A DNA stretch of 63,352 bases, the filler included, from Choristocarpus tenellus KU-1152 (taxonomy: Eukaryota; Protista; Phaeophyceae), in the NCBI GenBank assembly GCA_964200185.2. It is 12 parts of 12 records of this genome, joined end to end, with 100 filler letters (N's around TTAATTAATTAA, not from the genome) between each part and the next. Parts side by side here need not be neighbours in the genome. Positions count along the whole stretch, not along the records: positions 24,909 to 29,901 come from CAXNAD020012249.1; positions 30,002 to 42,950 come from CAXNAD020001643.1; 10 more parts are not named here. One strand, 5' to 3'. Within the stretch, counting starts at the first letter, position 1, and the number at the start of each line of letters is the position of its first letter. The notes beneath the pieces are model-generated. The model saw nothing but the letters and a program-made list of their open reading frames with translations, did not search any database and was not told the DNA's origin. Of this stretch, positions 25,170 to 39,900 are shown in pieces. Both the position numbers and the translations under genes were made by a program.

Positions 25170-27066
25170 TAGAAAAAAAAAAATTATAATTCACATGCAG
25201 TTGGCAAAAATATATGCAATACTCTGAGCGTATATATTGATTAAAGTAGAGAAGAGTTTGAAGTTAAAGTAACACACATATATATTACCAATAGTAAGGT
25301 AAGTTCCAAATCTACAGCTAACAGTTTATTTAGAAGTAGCTGTTATTTTGGCATTGCTTGTTGTTTATTGAAGGAACGAGGTTCCCCTGTATTTGTCCTA
25401 GATCATGTCACTTCTCCATGCGTTGTATCCGATAGAAGCACAAAGTGGGCCTAGCACATAGCCTCCTTATAGTCTCTTCTAAGGATGGACACATGATGAA
25501 AATAGTACTTGTGGTTGGAAGTTCATACTTTATGTGATGTATACAGAATGATGAGGTCGTTTCCATCATGAATATCATAAATACTATGATATCTATTAAT
25601 ACACATCTTTTTTTTATGCTTTTTAGCCACTTCATACACTTCATTATCCATGCCTTCCACTTTTGTTATTAAGATAACTTATTACACAGTACTTCATAAT
25701 TGTACATAAACAGCATGCTTGTTGATTTCTTCATTGATATAAGAAAATTTCTCTGTTCTCTCTGAAAAAGCGAAAAAGAGAAAATGAAGTAAAGAATGTA
25801 AAACAATAACATGGATTTGGTGGCCAGAAAACAGCAGAATCCTTTGACAAACTGAGGTTCCCAACATCAACGACAGCAGCAGTAGTAGTGCCCCTCAACA
25901 AATATATTGAAGGAGCTCAGATAAAGATAACAAAAAAAATAAACAAAAATATGAGGATATTTCCTCTAACTTTTGAAGGTATCATATAGATATGCCACAG
26001 ATAGAGTTTTACGTAATATATTCAAACTACACACTGGGAGTTTATCTCACCTTTCTTTGCTGGGGTATCTATTGCCTCGTTTTGGAAAGGCACCATATAC
26101 GAAGGTCTGTTTTGGTGGGTGACACTTGCGAAAAGGCAGAAATATCCAGGATTGATTTTTTCCCTCCGAGATGCAAGTGCTAGATCGTTTGACACAGTCC
26201 GCAAGGGAATAGCATGGACAATATAGAGGGAAAGAGAGAGGAAATCCTCAAATCATTGATACAATGACCAGCAAGAAGAGAAGTGCATAGATAAGAACAA
26301 GGTAGATGTAAAACATTTCACTCATTAACAGTTGAACCAATTTATGCCTTTATGTTCCTTCTGGACTCTCAAATATGATGATTTTTCCTGCTGCTGCTGT
26401 TGTGTAATTAGGTTTGGAGGTGTATTATCTGTGGAGACTAGCTTGATGTGGTGCTGTTGGCAATATCTGTTTCCCTTTGGATGGCATTGAATTGACGAGA
26501 AGATAGAATGGAATAAATAACAGTTTTGTACCCATCTGTAGTGGAGGGAAGATGTGTAGGTAACACAACCGACTGTTTGAAAGTGGACGAGACAGTTTTA
26601 TTCTAGGGTTGGAAACATTAGCCAGGGGAGAGTGAAGTATGTGAGAATCAGTCAAAACAATAAATTCATAGAGTTTCAGCCAGCTCACAACTCACTTCCA
26701 TCCGATAGGATGATTAAGGCATGTATATGTGAATATTTCCTGACGCATCAAGTGGCAATGATAGCAGCAAGAGCAGTTTCAGTATCACTTGCCCACATGG
26801 ATAAATCTTGAAGACCAGAGTCCTAAAGGGGTTCACTTGTTCTGAAACTTGGGGCTATTTGATAGGTTTATTAACGCTAACAGCTTGTTTGTGTCTTGAA
26901 ACCTCTTGCATCATCAACACAACGATCCAAATTCAATATATATTTCCTATGTGGTGAGCATCGGTAGGCTAGGTCTCGTTCCACCCAAGCACTTCAATAC
27001 AACCAGCAATGCATGATGCCTTTATCGACAACCAATGATATGCATATCTTACATTCAAGTCGAAGA

Positions 27067-27326
27067 GAGCCAAAGAATGTTAGAGGGTAGGGCCGCGTCC
27101 ATTCAGAGGCCAAAATCCAATGTTGTGATTTTGACGTGATTTTGGCTATTATGTTTGTTAGGAAGTGTCAATATCCTTGTTTCGGACACATCATTTCATA
27201 AAGTACACATTTTACCTACTCTGAAACATATTTGGAGTAGGAAAATTTCATTAAGAAAAACATGTGAACCAAAGCCCCAAATAGACAAACAGGGCAAATT
27301 TCGTACCCTCTAAGATACTTTCACTC
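27067..27326 (-). mobile_element. MITE family A copy 5
   Basis: Full length; flanks aga/tga. Confidence 0.9.
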
Positions 27327-27404
27327 TGAGTAATGTAGACCCAAGCTATGTGACGGTATAGACCCCTTTCGCTCACTCATTACCGTCTACTTCTTTATGG
27401 AGGT

Positions 27405-27662
27405 CAGTCAATGTATCTTAGAGGATAGAGCCGCGTCCATTTGGGGGCCAAAATCCCATGTTCCGATTTTGATATAATTTTGGGTATCATGATTATTAGG
27501 AAGAGTCAATATCCTTGTTTCGGACACACCTTCTCACAACGTACACATTTTACCTGCTCCGAAACAGTTCGGAGAAGGAAAATGTCATAAAAAACGCGTG
27601 GGAAGCCAAGCTCCAAACGGACAAACAGGGCAAAACTCGTACCCTCTAAGATACTTTCCCTC
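27405..27662 (-). mobile_element. MITE family A copy 6
   Basis: Full length; 4-bp TSD AGGT. Confidence 0.9.
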
Positions 27663-27706
27663 AGGTTTCAAACTTACTCGAGTTTCGGCTTACCAAACAA
27701 ACGAAG

Positions 27707-27933
27707 GAGTGAAAGTATCTTAGAGGGTATGAATTTTGCCATGTTTGCCAATTTGGGGCTTGACTTCTCTCGGGGTTTTTATGACATTTTCCTAATCCAA
27801 AATATTTCGGAGTAGGTAAAATGTGTATGTTATGAAAAGATGTGTCCGGAACAAGGATATTGACACTTTCCTAACAAATACAATAGCCAAAATTACATCA
27901 AAATCACAACATTGCATTTTGGTCCCCAGATGG
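27707..27933 (+). mobile_element. MITE family A copy 7 (right TIR missing)
   Basis: Left TIR and body align; homology stops after ccccagatgg. Confidence 0.88.
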
Positions 27934-29594
27934 CAATCTTGCTGAGAGGTGTAAGGTAAGGTTTTCATAAGATTATGGAGACGTTAATAGAGCAGTTGTG
28001 CTTGTTTGTCATCCCCCTTGTATTATTGGTGTGAAGATAAGGTGGGTAGGGTAAGGGTTTGGTTTGTTTATATTTTTTCCCCAAGACGTGGACATAGAAG
28101 ACGCTGAGTTTTACATATATGCGGCTATTAATACTGTGTACTATTTTTATATTTCTACCAACACTGTAGTGTGATTTTTTGTTATTGGTTTGAAGAAGGT
28201 TGATGTGGCATATGATGTACTAGGACCCATCAGTGGGGATGTAAGAGCTACAGCAGATTTTGCATATATTGACTTTCTCATGTTTCATTTATAATATTTT
28301 TGCCGCGTCCTTAAAGTCAGAAATGTACTTCAGTTAGAGATGTAGAGAGAGAAAGCGTGAGGAAGACACTTGGTGTTGATATGTGTGTATTTTATAGTGC
28401 TAATTGTGAAACTGTTGCAGGAAGTGTGGACCACTTTAGCATTCTGTTGCTAGCCCCACTTGAATGTAATATTGCAAGTAGGAACTGGCGAGTTTTAAAA
28501 TGACCATGAGAGTGGCAGTGACCTCATGGAAGAATCTTCTTCCTCAGCAAGAAAGACTGGTGGAGTAGTATTACTATGGATTAGCTTCTCAGTCGCAACC
28601 AAGATACGCTTGTTGGCCATTGCTCTGTGCACATTGATACCCAAGCACAATTCACACTTCCACAAATGCAGAACACCACGCAGAAACATCCCAATATATT
28701 AGGGTTAGGGTTGCATTAAAGTTAATGGTAATGGGAATATTTTTTTATAGGGTTAGGATTCCACAATGTGTTGGACCATATGTTTTTCACAATATGTCAG
28801 AGATGAGGCAATTTCCGCCCAATTTTGGGGGGGTCGATAGGTCCGTATGATAATATAGGGTACGTCCCTGATGGTGCAAGGTAACATCCAACACACTATC
28901 AACAGTTTGTTTTATAGTCATACCGTATTGCCTAGTATGCCCTAACCCTATCTATGTCCCCTGCATTACTGGCATAGGTATTCTGTTCTCAGATCTTTGT
29001 GTTTAGGACATTCGGGAATACTTCCGATGTTGTCTGGAGATGAGGATATATGAGTTTGGATGGTGTGCGGTGTGCCACAAACACGCGTGTGCGCACATAC
29101 ACAATAAATGTATCCGTAAGACCAGAGATTTCGCATACTTTGGACTTCATATCCAGCCTGGATACCTGTTCGCATATTTCAGGAGTTCCTACAAGACAAA
29201 TGCCCTTGGTCTACCCCTTTCCTCTCACTTCTTCCAAGGGAATTACAGCAACTGAAACACCGAGTAGTTTACATTATATCTAGCAAGGATTTCTTCTCCT
29301 TCTGCTCCTGTTTCAGGAGTTCATACGCAAATGGCTTCGTCTTCCTCAATATACTTGGTATGTTTTCCTCACTTCTTAAAAGAGATGTTCAAGTCCTGAA
29401 ACATGGAAGAAAATTGACACACCAGTCAACATGTCGAATATGTGTGTTTATTCTACACTTGATGCTTACTACAATAGTATATCGTAGCAGTCTCTGTGCT
29501 GTTATTTCCCTCTCTTGTAAATAACTTTTGAAGTCCGAAGTCCGATCTGGGATCCCTCAGACTAATGTAAGTAATATAATATACTACAGGATGG

Positions 29595-29737
29595 AACAGC
29601 CGATTTCAAAAATTGAGGATGGAGCTTTTCATTGAGGATGTACAAAAAAAAACATATTGACACTTTCTCCCAGTCAATTTTGGGTCAAGCCCATCCTCAA
29701 TGAAAAGCTCCATCCTCAATTTTTGAAATCGGCTGTT
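29595..29737. mobile_element. MITE family C (143 bp, perfect 46-bp TIRs)
   Basis: aacagccgatttcaaaaattgaggatggagcttttcattgaggatg at the left end and its exact reverse complement at the right end. 4-bp TSD ATGG at 29591-29594 and 29738-29741. Confidence 0.93.
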
Positions 29738-29837
29738 ATGGGGGCAACTGTTCGTCTCATGGATTGTGGCAATCCCTTCCTCCCTGAAATGGGACAACCT
29801 CTTCTCTGGACAAGGAAGTGCAATCCCCCTGTCCTCT

Positions 29838-29901
29838 GGCTCAAAGTATCTGGGAGGGGGTGGCGGCTGCCATTTGGGGTCAATTTTTTCATGTCGCGAT
29901 T
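29838..29901. mobile_element. MITE family B terminus (cut by contig end)
   Basis: ggctcaaagtatctgggaggggg...catgtcgcgatt; homologous, as reverse complement, to the right ends at 42920 and 60861. Confidence 0.8.
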
Positions 29902-30001
29902 NNNNNNNNNNNNNNNNNNNNNNNNNNNNNNNNNNNNNNNNNNNNTTAATTAATTAANNNNNNNNNNNNNNNNNNNNNNNNNNNNNNNNNNNNNNNNNNN
30001 N

Positions 30002-30069
30002 AAAAAAGTGAAAATCGAAAAAAGGGTGAAAAACGTACGCCGACACCCCCTCCCCAGATAATTTGACCC
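30002..30069. mobile_element. MITE family B terminus (cut by contig start)
   Basis: ...ccgacaccccctccccagataatttgaccc; approximate reverse complement of 3600-3676. Confidence 0.75.
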
Positions 30070-30966
30070 CCAAAATACAGCTAACATCACGAGGCGGCTG
30101 CTGTAAAAGAGGAGACAAACTATTGTCCACACAATCGCAGAATTACCACCCAGAGAACTAGGAGGACATGCACCAGAGGGTGGTGACAGAAACTCCTTTT
30201 TCTCAACAGCACGCCCCTCTAGAGTACTATGGCTCTCTCAACCATTTGTTAGTTTCAACAATGCGGTTCCTCAACCATTACGATTATTCAGCACCATCAA
30301 AGGGCGCTAAGGTAATCCAAATTGAGTTATATGTCAGAAATAATGACACACTATATAGATTCATGGTAACCTGCAACGTGGACCACAAAGATTATAACCC
30401 GTAACTGGGTTGTGCCACAGGAAAGGATCTAGTGTACTTTACCATAGTTGCTGAGTTTCACCAGGTAGTGTCTTGAGTCACTTCCACCATTGACCATTTT
30501 ATATATTATTTGTAAATCAAAGTGGACAATTTTAGCTATTAAAATAGATTTTTTTTGTGCGTATTTGGAAATCTGATTTGTTCCCTGCATTCTTCATAGA
30601 AAACTGTTGTGGTGAATCCAAAGGATCACCATCACTGCGCCAATGAGCCAAGTGCTCATTCCTAGGCTGCATGGGCTCTTAAATATTTTGTCACCAGTAG
30701 CATCGCTATTATAACCCTCAAAACTGCAGTGTCATGAAAAGGCCTTGACTGTCATCTTCACATGAGCACAAATTGTTTCCAACAGCAGGGGGTTCTCAGT
30801 CAACCTCAACTGCCGAATTGCTCTTATTACGGCATTGTGAAATTGTTCAATGCATCAAACACCTGTCTCACACAGGTTTCTCTACTGAATGATGATGCCA
30901 TTGCATTTAGAAAGGGAAGTGGTGTCTTGAATCAAACTTCACATGCACCCAATTCCTTCTCCGCAG

Positions 30967-33900
30967 CCTTGCAGCACAGAATACACAGCTAGAAATGGAG
31001 GAACGCAAGCAGAAGGAATTTGAAGAGCGGAGGAAAGCTCTGGAAAGGAAAAGAGCAGAACTAGAGGAGAGGAATCGCAAGTTAGAGGTTGGTATACCAG
31101 CCCCTTGTCGTTTCATTGAGAATTTTGGTAGGCAAGTGGTTACAGATCACCATTTCGTTTGACGTCAGCACAGATTTTCTTTGTAGCACACAATATCATA
31201 CTTCTCACTGCCAACTGCTACTGAGGAGATGAAAATTTTCAAATTGATTTGGCGAAGAGATTTACAATTCCTCATTTATTTTTAAATTGAAGAGCCCAGG
31301 GCTCAGAATAAACACATTGAAGCTATATTGATATTCTTAGTGACATGTCATTAGTGTCCTGGAAGAGACACTCCTTTTGAATTTAACACTGGTCCAGAAA
31401 CATTCTGAATTCTCATTATATGGAGTTTTTAACTTCATGTTTTCAATTCAATACCTTACCTGTTGTTGGCAGGAAGAGAGGGCACTCCGAGCAGCTGAAG
31501 AGAAGAGAAGGGCTGAAGCAAAGGAGGCAAGGAGAAGGGCAGCTGCCCTGGAGCGAGCTAGACAGTTGGAGGAAGAGGCAAGGCAGAGAGAAGAGAAGGA
31601 ACGGCTTGAGAGGGAGGAGCAGAAAAGGTGAAGAGTAGCATAGGCATTTCAGGTGTATGTACACATGCTCTTTTGTTGGCTTGAGTTATGTGTGTGTGTG
31701 CGCGCGCGAGCACCTCATGCTGAGTGCTGGTTTGGGGGTAGGGCTGTCAGCACAGAATTTGTATGCAAGAGAGAGAAGAGCAAGTATGAAGTGCAGATTC
31801 TGGGAAGTGATTCTTCCGAAACATCGTATGAATTTAATGTTGTTTTGAATGCTTAGATGGTGATATGTGGAAGAAGAAAAATACTTGTACATCACAATTT
31901 TCTAATTTGATCTTGATATTGATTATTCCGGAGTATACTATCTCCACTGCAACACAAGAAATTGAGCTTGAAATTGATTGAATACACAGTAATTTCATGT
32001 ATTTCTTGAAGTTTCGTTTGTTGCCATGTCAGGAGTTGAGAAATATCTCACTGAGTACAAAATAATAGATACTACGTGAGTCTGTGGGTATGAGAATAAA
32101 TGAATAATACTTTGAAGGATTGTTTTAAGAGTGTATGTTTAATATCAGTCCTGAAGAAAATCCTGATAAACTTCCAGTTTATACCAGGAACAGTTGGAAG
32201 CTAAAGTTAAGTACCTTATGAAGGGTAGATAGGGCTCAACCGTGTACCAACCCATCAATAGAAGCTGATCTAGTCAGAGCTTTCATTGAGCGCAACAAGA
32301 AAGGCACGCCAAAAGAAAGAGAAAGAATCTCCTAACCCTTGCTTGACTGAAGGGTAAAGAGGGTCAAAGTATCTTAGATGGTAGAGCTGCATCCATTTGG
32401 GGGCAAAAATCCAATGTTGTGATTTTGATGTAATTTTGACTATCATGTTAGTTAGGAAGTGTCAGTATCCTTGTTCCGGACACGCCTTTTCATAACATAC
32501 ACATTTTACCTACTCCGAAACATTTTGGAGTAAGAAAATGTCATAGAAAAAAACATGAGAAGTCAAGATCCCCAAACGGACAAACAGGGAAAAAATCGTA
32601 CCCTCTAAGATATTTCACTCAGAATAAGTCACAGCACCCCTTAAATCTAATGACTCCCTCATGATCGCCCTAAACAGGAGAATAGGTGCATGCTTCACCT
32701 CCTTGTAGATAGCACAATAAACTGACCTCTGATTGTATCACCCGCATGCACCTGTATTTTTTGTACACTATCTCAGACTGGAGGACGAGGAGATGGAAAG
32801 ACAGCGGCTTGAGCAAGAAGAGAGGCGGAGGAAAATGGAAGAGACTGCAAGGAAAAGGAGGGCACAGAGGTAAAATGAACCCCTGCTTGTATCTCCCAAA
32901 TCTTTAAGCAGCCTCTTGTGGGGGGGGGTATTTGCAGGCTTTCTTTATGTAGCCAATCGTGAAATCGTTTTATCAGGACAGATGAGCAGACAAGAATTCG
33001 GTTGGATAAAAGCATGAATATAGACTGGATGCATTGATAGATTCTGCGATGCCACCAATACAATGAGCGGCGAGGTTGACTGAGTGTGCTCTGAACAGAT
33101 AGATAATGTTCAACCGTCTGCTTTGTATTTTAGTCAGATTTGCTTTGGTTTGCGGTTGTTCAAACCGAAATGTACACTTTGAGTGAGTGCATAGTTCTGC
33201 CCAGACTTGATCGGTTAGGGGACTTTCCGCCCACTTTTTGTGGGGTGAAAATATATAATGTCACTAGCATAGTTCGTGCTCTAATGGAGTGGTAAGCATG
33301 TGAATCACCAGCTGAACTCAAGCGTTAGGTGCTCCTAGTACATACACTTTGGTTTGATGTACCCCATACATGCATTATTCATATATTGTAATATGTTCAT
33401 TACATGCGACCATTTACAGTTTATGAAGTCTGCAAGATACACCCATAACTCATCTAGGAAGCCCCCACTCCAAAATTTGTTTCCACTGCTGGTGTGCAAG
33501 CCTCACATACTCAACAATCAAGTCACTAAGTAAAGCAAGAATCATAACCTTCAGACACAACTTGTCGAATATCATAAGCTCACCTCATTTCCGAAACCTA
33601 CAGGATTAAAAGTACTCTTTCATACTTAAGTACAAAACGCTACTGAAATATACCATACATACCCCAGTGCAATGAATAACCGGACACCAAGTAAATGTCA
33701 ACCAGCATTTGGGAGCCACTCTCCTTTAGATATGCACATGCACCAAACACCTGCTTGGCAATCATGGCTTGTGCAATCATGGCTGTGATTATATATAATT
33801 CTCAATATCCGCTCTTTCTAAGCATACCAGGCAACAAGGGCAATGGGTTTGCAATTCAGTTGAAGGTAAAGGACTACCCCAAAGAGTATTCATGAATCAG

Positions 33901-36900
33901 TTTGTCGGTCAGGCTGATTGGTTTGATTTGAGAATGATCACTTGGAAACATAAATTTGGACCACAGCACACCGAACGAATGGTCTACATAGTGCATGAGC
34001 TAAGTTTTATGGCGTTGAAGAATCCCATGTAGCCCACCTCACCTTCTGCAAATCCTTGTCTGCAAATCTCCCGTGCACACCTTGTGCCAAGAACAGGGAA
34101 GCACGAAGAGAGGCTGAGGAAAGAGAGAGGATGATCGCACATGATGAGGATATAGGTAATAAGCTTGAATTTGTGCTAACAATTGTAAGGGACATGTATA
34201 TTTTGTAATTTGACACAGCGGTAATTGTTGGTGGTGGAAAGGCTTGTACCACGACACAGACAGCAACCCTTGACTCAGATGTCTTGCTAGTTGTCTCAAC
34301 ACAATCGGTTTTATCAAAAACTCATACTAGCCTAATGCTTCTTGGCCAACGCAAGGTTGTCCTGAACATATGAGGTTGAAACACGTTGAGGAAGACTGAC
34401 GAACCCATTCTCTGAATATTTTGGTGTCAAACATACTGATGCCACCAAAAAAATGCAACATGTTTTCCATGCCCTTCAATAACATTGCACAGCAAAAATA
34501 TTGACTTCTTCTTCGCAACACAACATTCAAGCTCTTTCCCTGATGAACACCTCTATCCTGACTTTCACACTCTTCATACCATCTCAACCTCTCCATGTCT
34601 CCTCCATCACCATCCAACCAATGCACATGGACATGTGGGGAAGATCTTGTGCTCCAAATAATTGCCGAGGAGAAAAAACGAGCTGAGGAGGAGGAAGCAG
34701 CACGACAGGCAGCGAAGCTCATGAAGAAAGCTGAGGAAGATAGAGAGAGACGGAGACAGATGGAACTAGCTATTGAAGATGAGGAGTCCTTGAAAGCTAA
34801 TGTCATTTGGAGAGAGGTGAGGGACTCCAATCCAGTCACCAACCAGCGCAGTCCACACATTCAGGGCCCTCTGCTATGTTCATTTCCAAGACTTCAATAA
34901 GCAACAAATAGTAATTTCTAGAAAACTTCATAGATGAGACTATGATAAATTCTCAGAAATCTCAGGAAATTGAGGGCAAGGAAAGTTGAATCGAACACAA
35001 TGCGAAAGGGATAACCCTAAGGAAAAAACTTTCAAGACAGGCAAGAGAAAAAACACCCCTGTTCGCTTTCAGTCGAGGTGGACATTATTTCAGGTGAAAG
35101 GTGATGACACATAGACAAATGGAGAGTCGTTTTCGTACATCCTCCTAATATTTAACCGCATCAACTCAACATCTAACTAAATCATGTTAATAAAATTCTC
35201 TCCCATCATAAGTGTGGTGCGTTACTTCATGCATGGGTGCTCTCATTCCCCATTGCTGCTTGGTCTTCGATAAATTTACAGCAAGTCTGACATGACTGCG
35301 TAGTATGTCTTCACTCTTTCCAACAGAAATACATTTCACCAAAGATATCCATGGGGTGAGTTCATCTTACCAACAAATCACACCAACAGCAACATTGTGT
35401 GCATTTGTATCAAGCATCACTTTACCCTAATCTGCTCAGAATAGATACATTGCCTCGACAAAGTTATGCATAGAACTCTAGTTACAGAATTCCCCCCTGC
35501 CACAGCAAGGCATTCACACAAGACAGAATTTCCTCAGTTTGAAGCAAAAATATCGGAAAGGCTGCAAGGAGAGTATGCAAGGAAAAATAGTTGTGTATAG
35601 GATGCTTTCTTGTTTGGTTAGAAATATTGACTGCTTTGGAGTGGTGATTCATTTTTTGCATGTTGATTTAACATTTTCCCAACCAACCTAGTGATCACAT
35701 TTGAAAGTTCAGTGTGTCGGATTCACTGCAATGAGCACCCTGCAAAATAAATTATCACTGTTGTAATGGAAGTTGCTGCATTAACCTAGCTGGAAGCACA
35801 TGCGCAACATATGAATCACTGCTGTGCAGATTCAGTCATTAGCTCACAGAGTCTGATGATTGGAACTTCAATCTTGAAAAGGTTACAACAAACACAAAGA
35901 GCAAGTCACAAGCACAATTTACTCAGACACCCTGTTCCATTATTGGCATCGGTTATCTAATATATACTGCACGGAGTGGAACAGATAGACAGCAGAAGTT
36001 TCTGCTTTGGAATGTTGCCTCCCTCACTCATTACAAGCAAAAGGTGACAGAATTATCACAGGAAATCAACCCATGCATGTGTAATATGCTCACATTCTCC
36101 CATCCCAGTCAATCTTAGCCCCTCCATACCTGTTTTGTTTCCCCATCAAGTGATCCTTGATTTGAGGTAAGGATAAAACACAACAAACAAGAGCAAACAG
36201 GATAATCACACAGTGCCCTGAAGGTTATCTCAATATGTGCCGCCCAGTTGATGCAGTTGTGCAGAGTCAAGAATCTCCTTCAGGTCATTCTTTACTATTA
36301 GGTTTGGGCTAGGGTTAGGAAATGAAATGAAGATCAATAAAATATATATCACCATTTTCATGAGGCAGGGAAGGTTGCAGGACGACTGTATCTTGTTGGC
36401 TAAGAGCAACACTTGTGAGCTATGATGATGCTGAGACACTTCTAGCTTGATCCTTTTGCGCCATGTGCCCTATGCCTTACTCTGGACAGGGCTCTCTAGT
36501 GAATAGTGCGACAGCAAGGGGTCATTACAGATTAAAATTAGGCAAGATTCCCAACTCTAGCTTAGACCTTTACCAAAATCAACTACTCCCGAGTATCAAC
36601 TAATGCCACAGATTTGAAAATATGGTAGAGGTCGCACTGATATACCACTTCGACCAAAGGGTGTGCTTCTATTGGTCGGCTTAGATGAATCTAGCACCCC
36701 ACACCAATCAGTGCAATATCTGACCACAGACTTCACACCCATAGTCCCCTTGAAATCTCTTGCACTATCATGTCAATAGCCTGGACCCCCTCCAGTCCTG
36801 ATGCTTTGTTCCTTCCATGCCTCCCTTCCTACTGTACAGGAGGAAGAAGCTGCAAGGCGAATGAAGGCTGTCGTTGAGAAAACTCCAGAGCAACTCAGCT

Positions 36901-39900
36901 TCAATATTCAGCTCGACCATAATGGGAACCCTATTGATATAAGCCTGTAAGAACCCCCCTAGCTATTCTGTCAAGCACATGGAGTTGAACAAATTACAAT
37001 TACCCAATGTGCCACCAGTGGTGAGAAACGAATACCATTCGCATGATCGGTAACTCCCTTATTCATTCTGTTGCATGTCTTTCTGCCTTTGTCCCACCAG
37101 GCTCATAAGCACCCCGGGTATGAGCATGAGTGTCTCTGTGCATATAAAAATATATCCTTGTTGTATTTGATCTATCTCTCTATCTCTCTTCTATGCTGTG
37201 TCCCTAAAAGGCAATTGTACCCTCATACTAGAAATTGCCTACTGTACTAAGTATTTATGAGCAGAATAAGATGCATGTACATATATATTTCTTGCTGGTC
37301 TTCCTATCTATCATTGTTCTGCCACATATGCTATATGATAGCAACAACGGCTCAGACGCTCAGCCTTCTTGCCAAGGAAAAACATGCAAACACACAAGAG
37401 CCATCTATGCATGTGATAAGAACTCCGCCTTCTAATCACAACCAATTTCCCAAGCACCCCACTTAATGTCTAAATTGAAGCGATTCACTTGACTGAATTA
37501 ACACGACCCAAGTGTCGTTTCTCAACTTCCTCTAGGTGGCCACTGGGATATGCACCAGAGATAGATGAGGACGGCCATGTCAGACTCCCTGAAACGTTTG
37601 GGAACGGTATTTCGTTCAATTCCAACAAATGCATATTCCATCGGGTCAATGGGAGAGAAAAATCTCTAGTGACTGACGGGTCTGATACCTGCTCGTCCCC
37701 TGGGCTGGATGATGAGGTACGGATGATGCAGAAAATTGTAAAGTAGCTTGCACCCCATTGAGGTACAAAAATGATGAAATCAAGAATGAATTCAAAAAAT
37801 TGTTTCTTCTTGGGGAATCATATGAAGCCTTGTAGTAATTGATAGGTATCAGCAGCACCAAATTTGAAAAAATAAGAAAGGAGAGACCATATGAGCATTT
37901 GGTTTGTAATGCATTTGCACATTGTGCGTTATACTCTTTACAAAGAAAAGACCTTTCTGCAGCAGCAATTTTCAGCACCAAATTGATAGCAACACAAATG
38001 GTGGTGACAGAACATGTGCAATGGTTCGTGAGACTCTTTGCTATCTGCGATGAAAGCAAGTCACTCCAAATAAGTGTTAATTAGCAAGATCTGACTCATA
38101 TTGAATTCCTCGAACCTGCTTTCGCTTCCTGACAAAACACACCTTGATTAGGAGGAGAGGAAGTGGTTCCAAGACCTGATCATGGCAACCCGACCAGAGG
38201 ATCTGAGCATCCTTTTCCGTTCTACCGACTTCAATCCTGCAGACTTCTTCCCAATGGTGCGCTTTATTTGATGGCTAAGAGACATTCTGCGAGAATCCTT
38301 AATACACACAAGCATTTTCGTTCAATAGAGTGGCGAAATACTACTGAAGAAGGTGGTGGAGAAGGGCTCCTCCACTTGCAACTTCCAAAGAAAGACATAG
38401 TTTCCATCCTTCTGTGTTTTCTGTCATCCCGCATCATTGTTGTTCATACCAATATCCCCTGTTGGGCAATGGCCTTCCTTACCTTCCTTCTCTTTATCTC
38501 ATCGCCTCTTCTTTTGATTCTTCCACCCCCTCTCTTGCCCCTCTATCATTATTCATCACTCAAGGTGCTACGAGAAAGAGTTGCATGGCCAGAATTCATG
38601 GAAATCTCCCGCAGCTTGCTCCTATCCGGCGCAGAAGCAGAGAAGCAGAGCACTGTCAGACAAGTGAAGGTTACACCAAACAGTTTCTGTAGGAGAAACC
38701 AAGATCAGCTGATCATTGCCCATCCTCCTGAGACAAGAAAACATGACCAATTTTACCCAACAAGAGAGAGTAGAAGTCGGTGCCTTGATGCAGAGGCAAC
38801 ACTGGAAATTCTTGGCTGAGGCATAGATTGTGCTGAAAGCAATACATAAAAAAAATGCATCTTACTAAAATGCTTCAGGTATGATTAATGTTGCCAATGT
38901 GAATGAGCCTATACATCATACGTTGAGTACAGAACAAGCTACAAAATTCGGTTAACCCTCTCTATGAGAAACACCTTCGCCCTACATCATTTCATTACCC
39001 GGTGGTATTCCTATTGTTTAAAACCCCACCCCTCACGTTGTATCACCTCTCCACTCTGTCCCTATCCGCCCTAGTATCCCACCCCTGACTGTGAAACACC
39101 GATTACCTCATTTGTTCTTCACCTTCTGTCTCCAATGCAATGAATTACTAGGAGCAACGGCACCTCGGGAAAAAGAAAGGCTTGATAAAGATTGAGAGCC
39201 AGAGCTTATGTAGCAGCAGAACATGTCTTAGCCAGAGTTCCTGCAGCAGCGGCCTCGAGATGCGAGGCGATCAATGTCTAGCTTCAAATGTACCCCAGGT
39301 ATTTCCTCGACATATCCATGCATGTGTTTCTATGAACCCAGAGTTGAAGTTCTTCAGTAAGATATTGGAACATAGTAAGACACGTGAATGAAGAGTTGGT
39401 TGTTTGTCATGAAGGAATGTACAAAGAGAGGATAGAAGATTCCTCAGCTGCCAGATTCAATCCTCAGTGAACACTAGGCTGAGGGGTGTTGTGTTTATAT
39501 TCTCATTTAGAATTTTTTCTTTCCAAAGATATGAACTTCAAACGAAAAATATATACTATTTGTCATCAAAAGAAGAGGTAATGAAGTGGTCTATATCTCC
39601 CTCACCATTCACACAGTATAGATAGATGGAAAGCAGTACCTGGAATTCGTGTAGTTGGACATATATGCCCAAGAACATGTATGTATGTTCAGTATTGCGA
39701 TCTATTAGTCGAATTGTATTGACCACCACAGCACTTATATTAATGTGAGAAGCATATGCAATAGTGCTGTGGGAATACATCATTGGGACGCCATAGATCC
39801 AGTCATTTTCATTTCTCCTCAATATATCCATCTCATGGACCCAAAGGATGCACATTTCCTATTCTACAACAATTTTCAGGTCCTCACACCACCTCTAGAC

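Noticed and set aside
34327-34860. 177-aa minus-strand ORF
   Set aside because: Antisense shadow of an E/R/K-rich exon.
38163-38819. 218-aa ORF with a hydrophobic stretch
   Set aside because: Only ~38565-38669 is a plausible exon; the hydrophobic part is the translated polypyrimidine tract of the intron.
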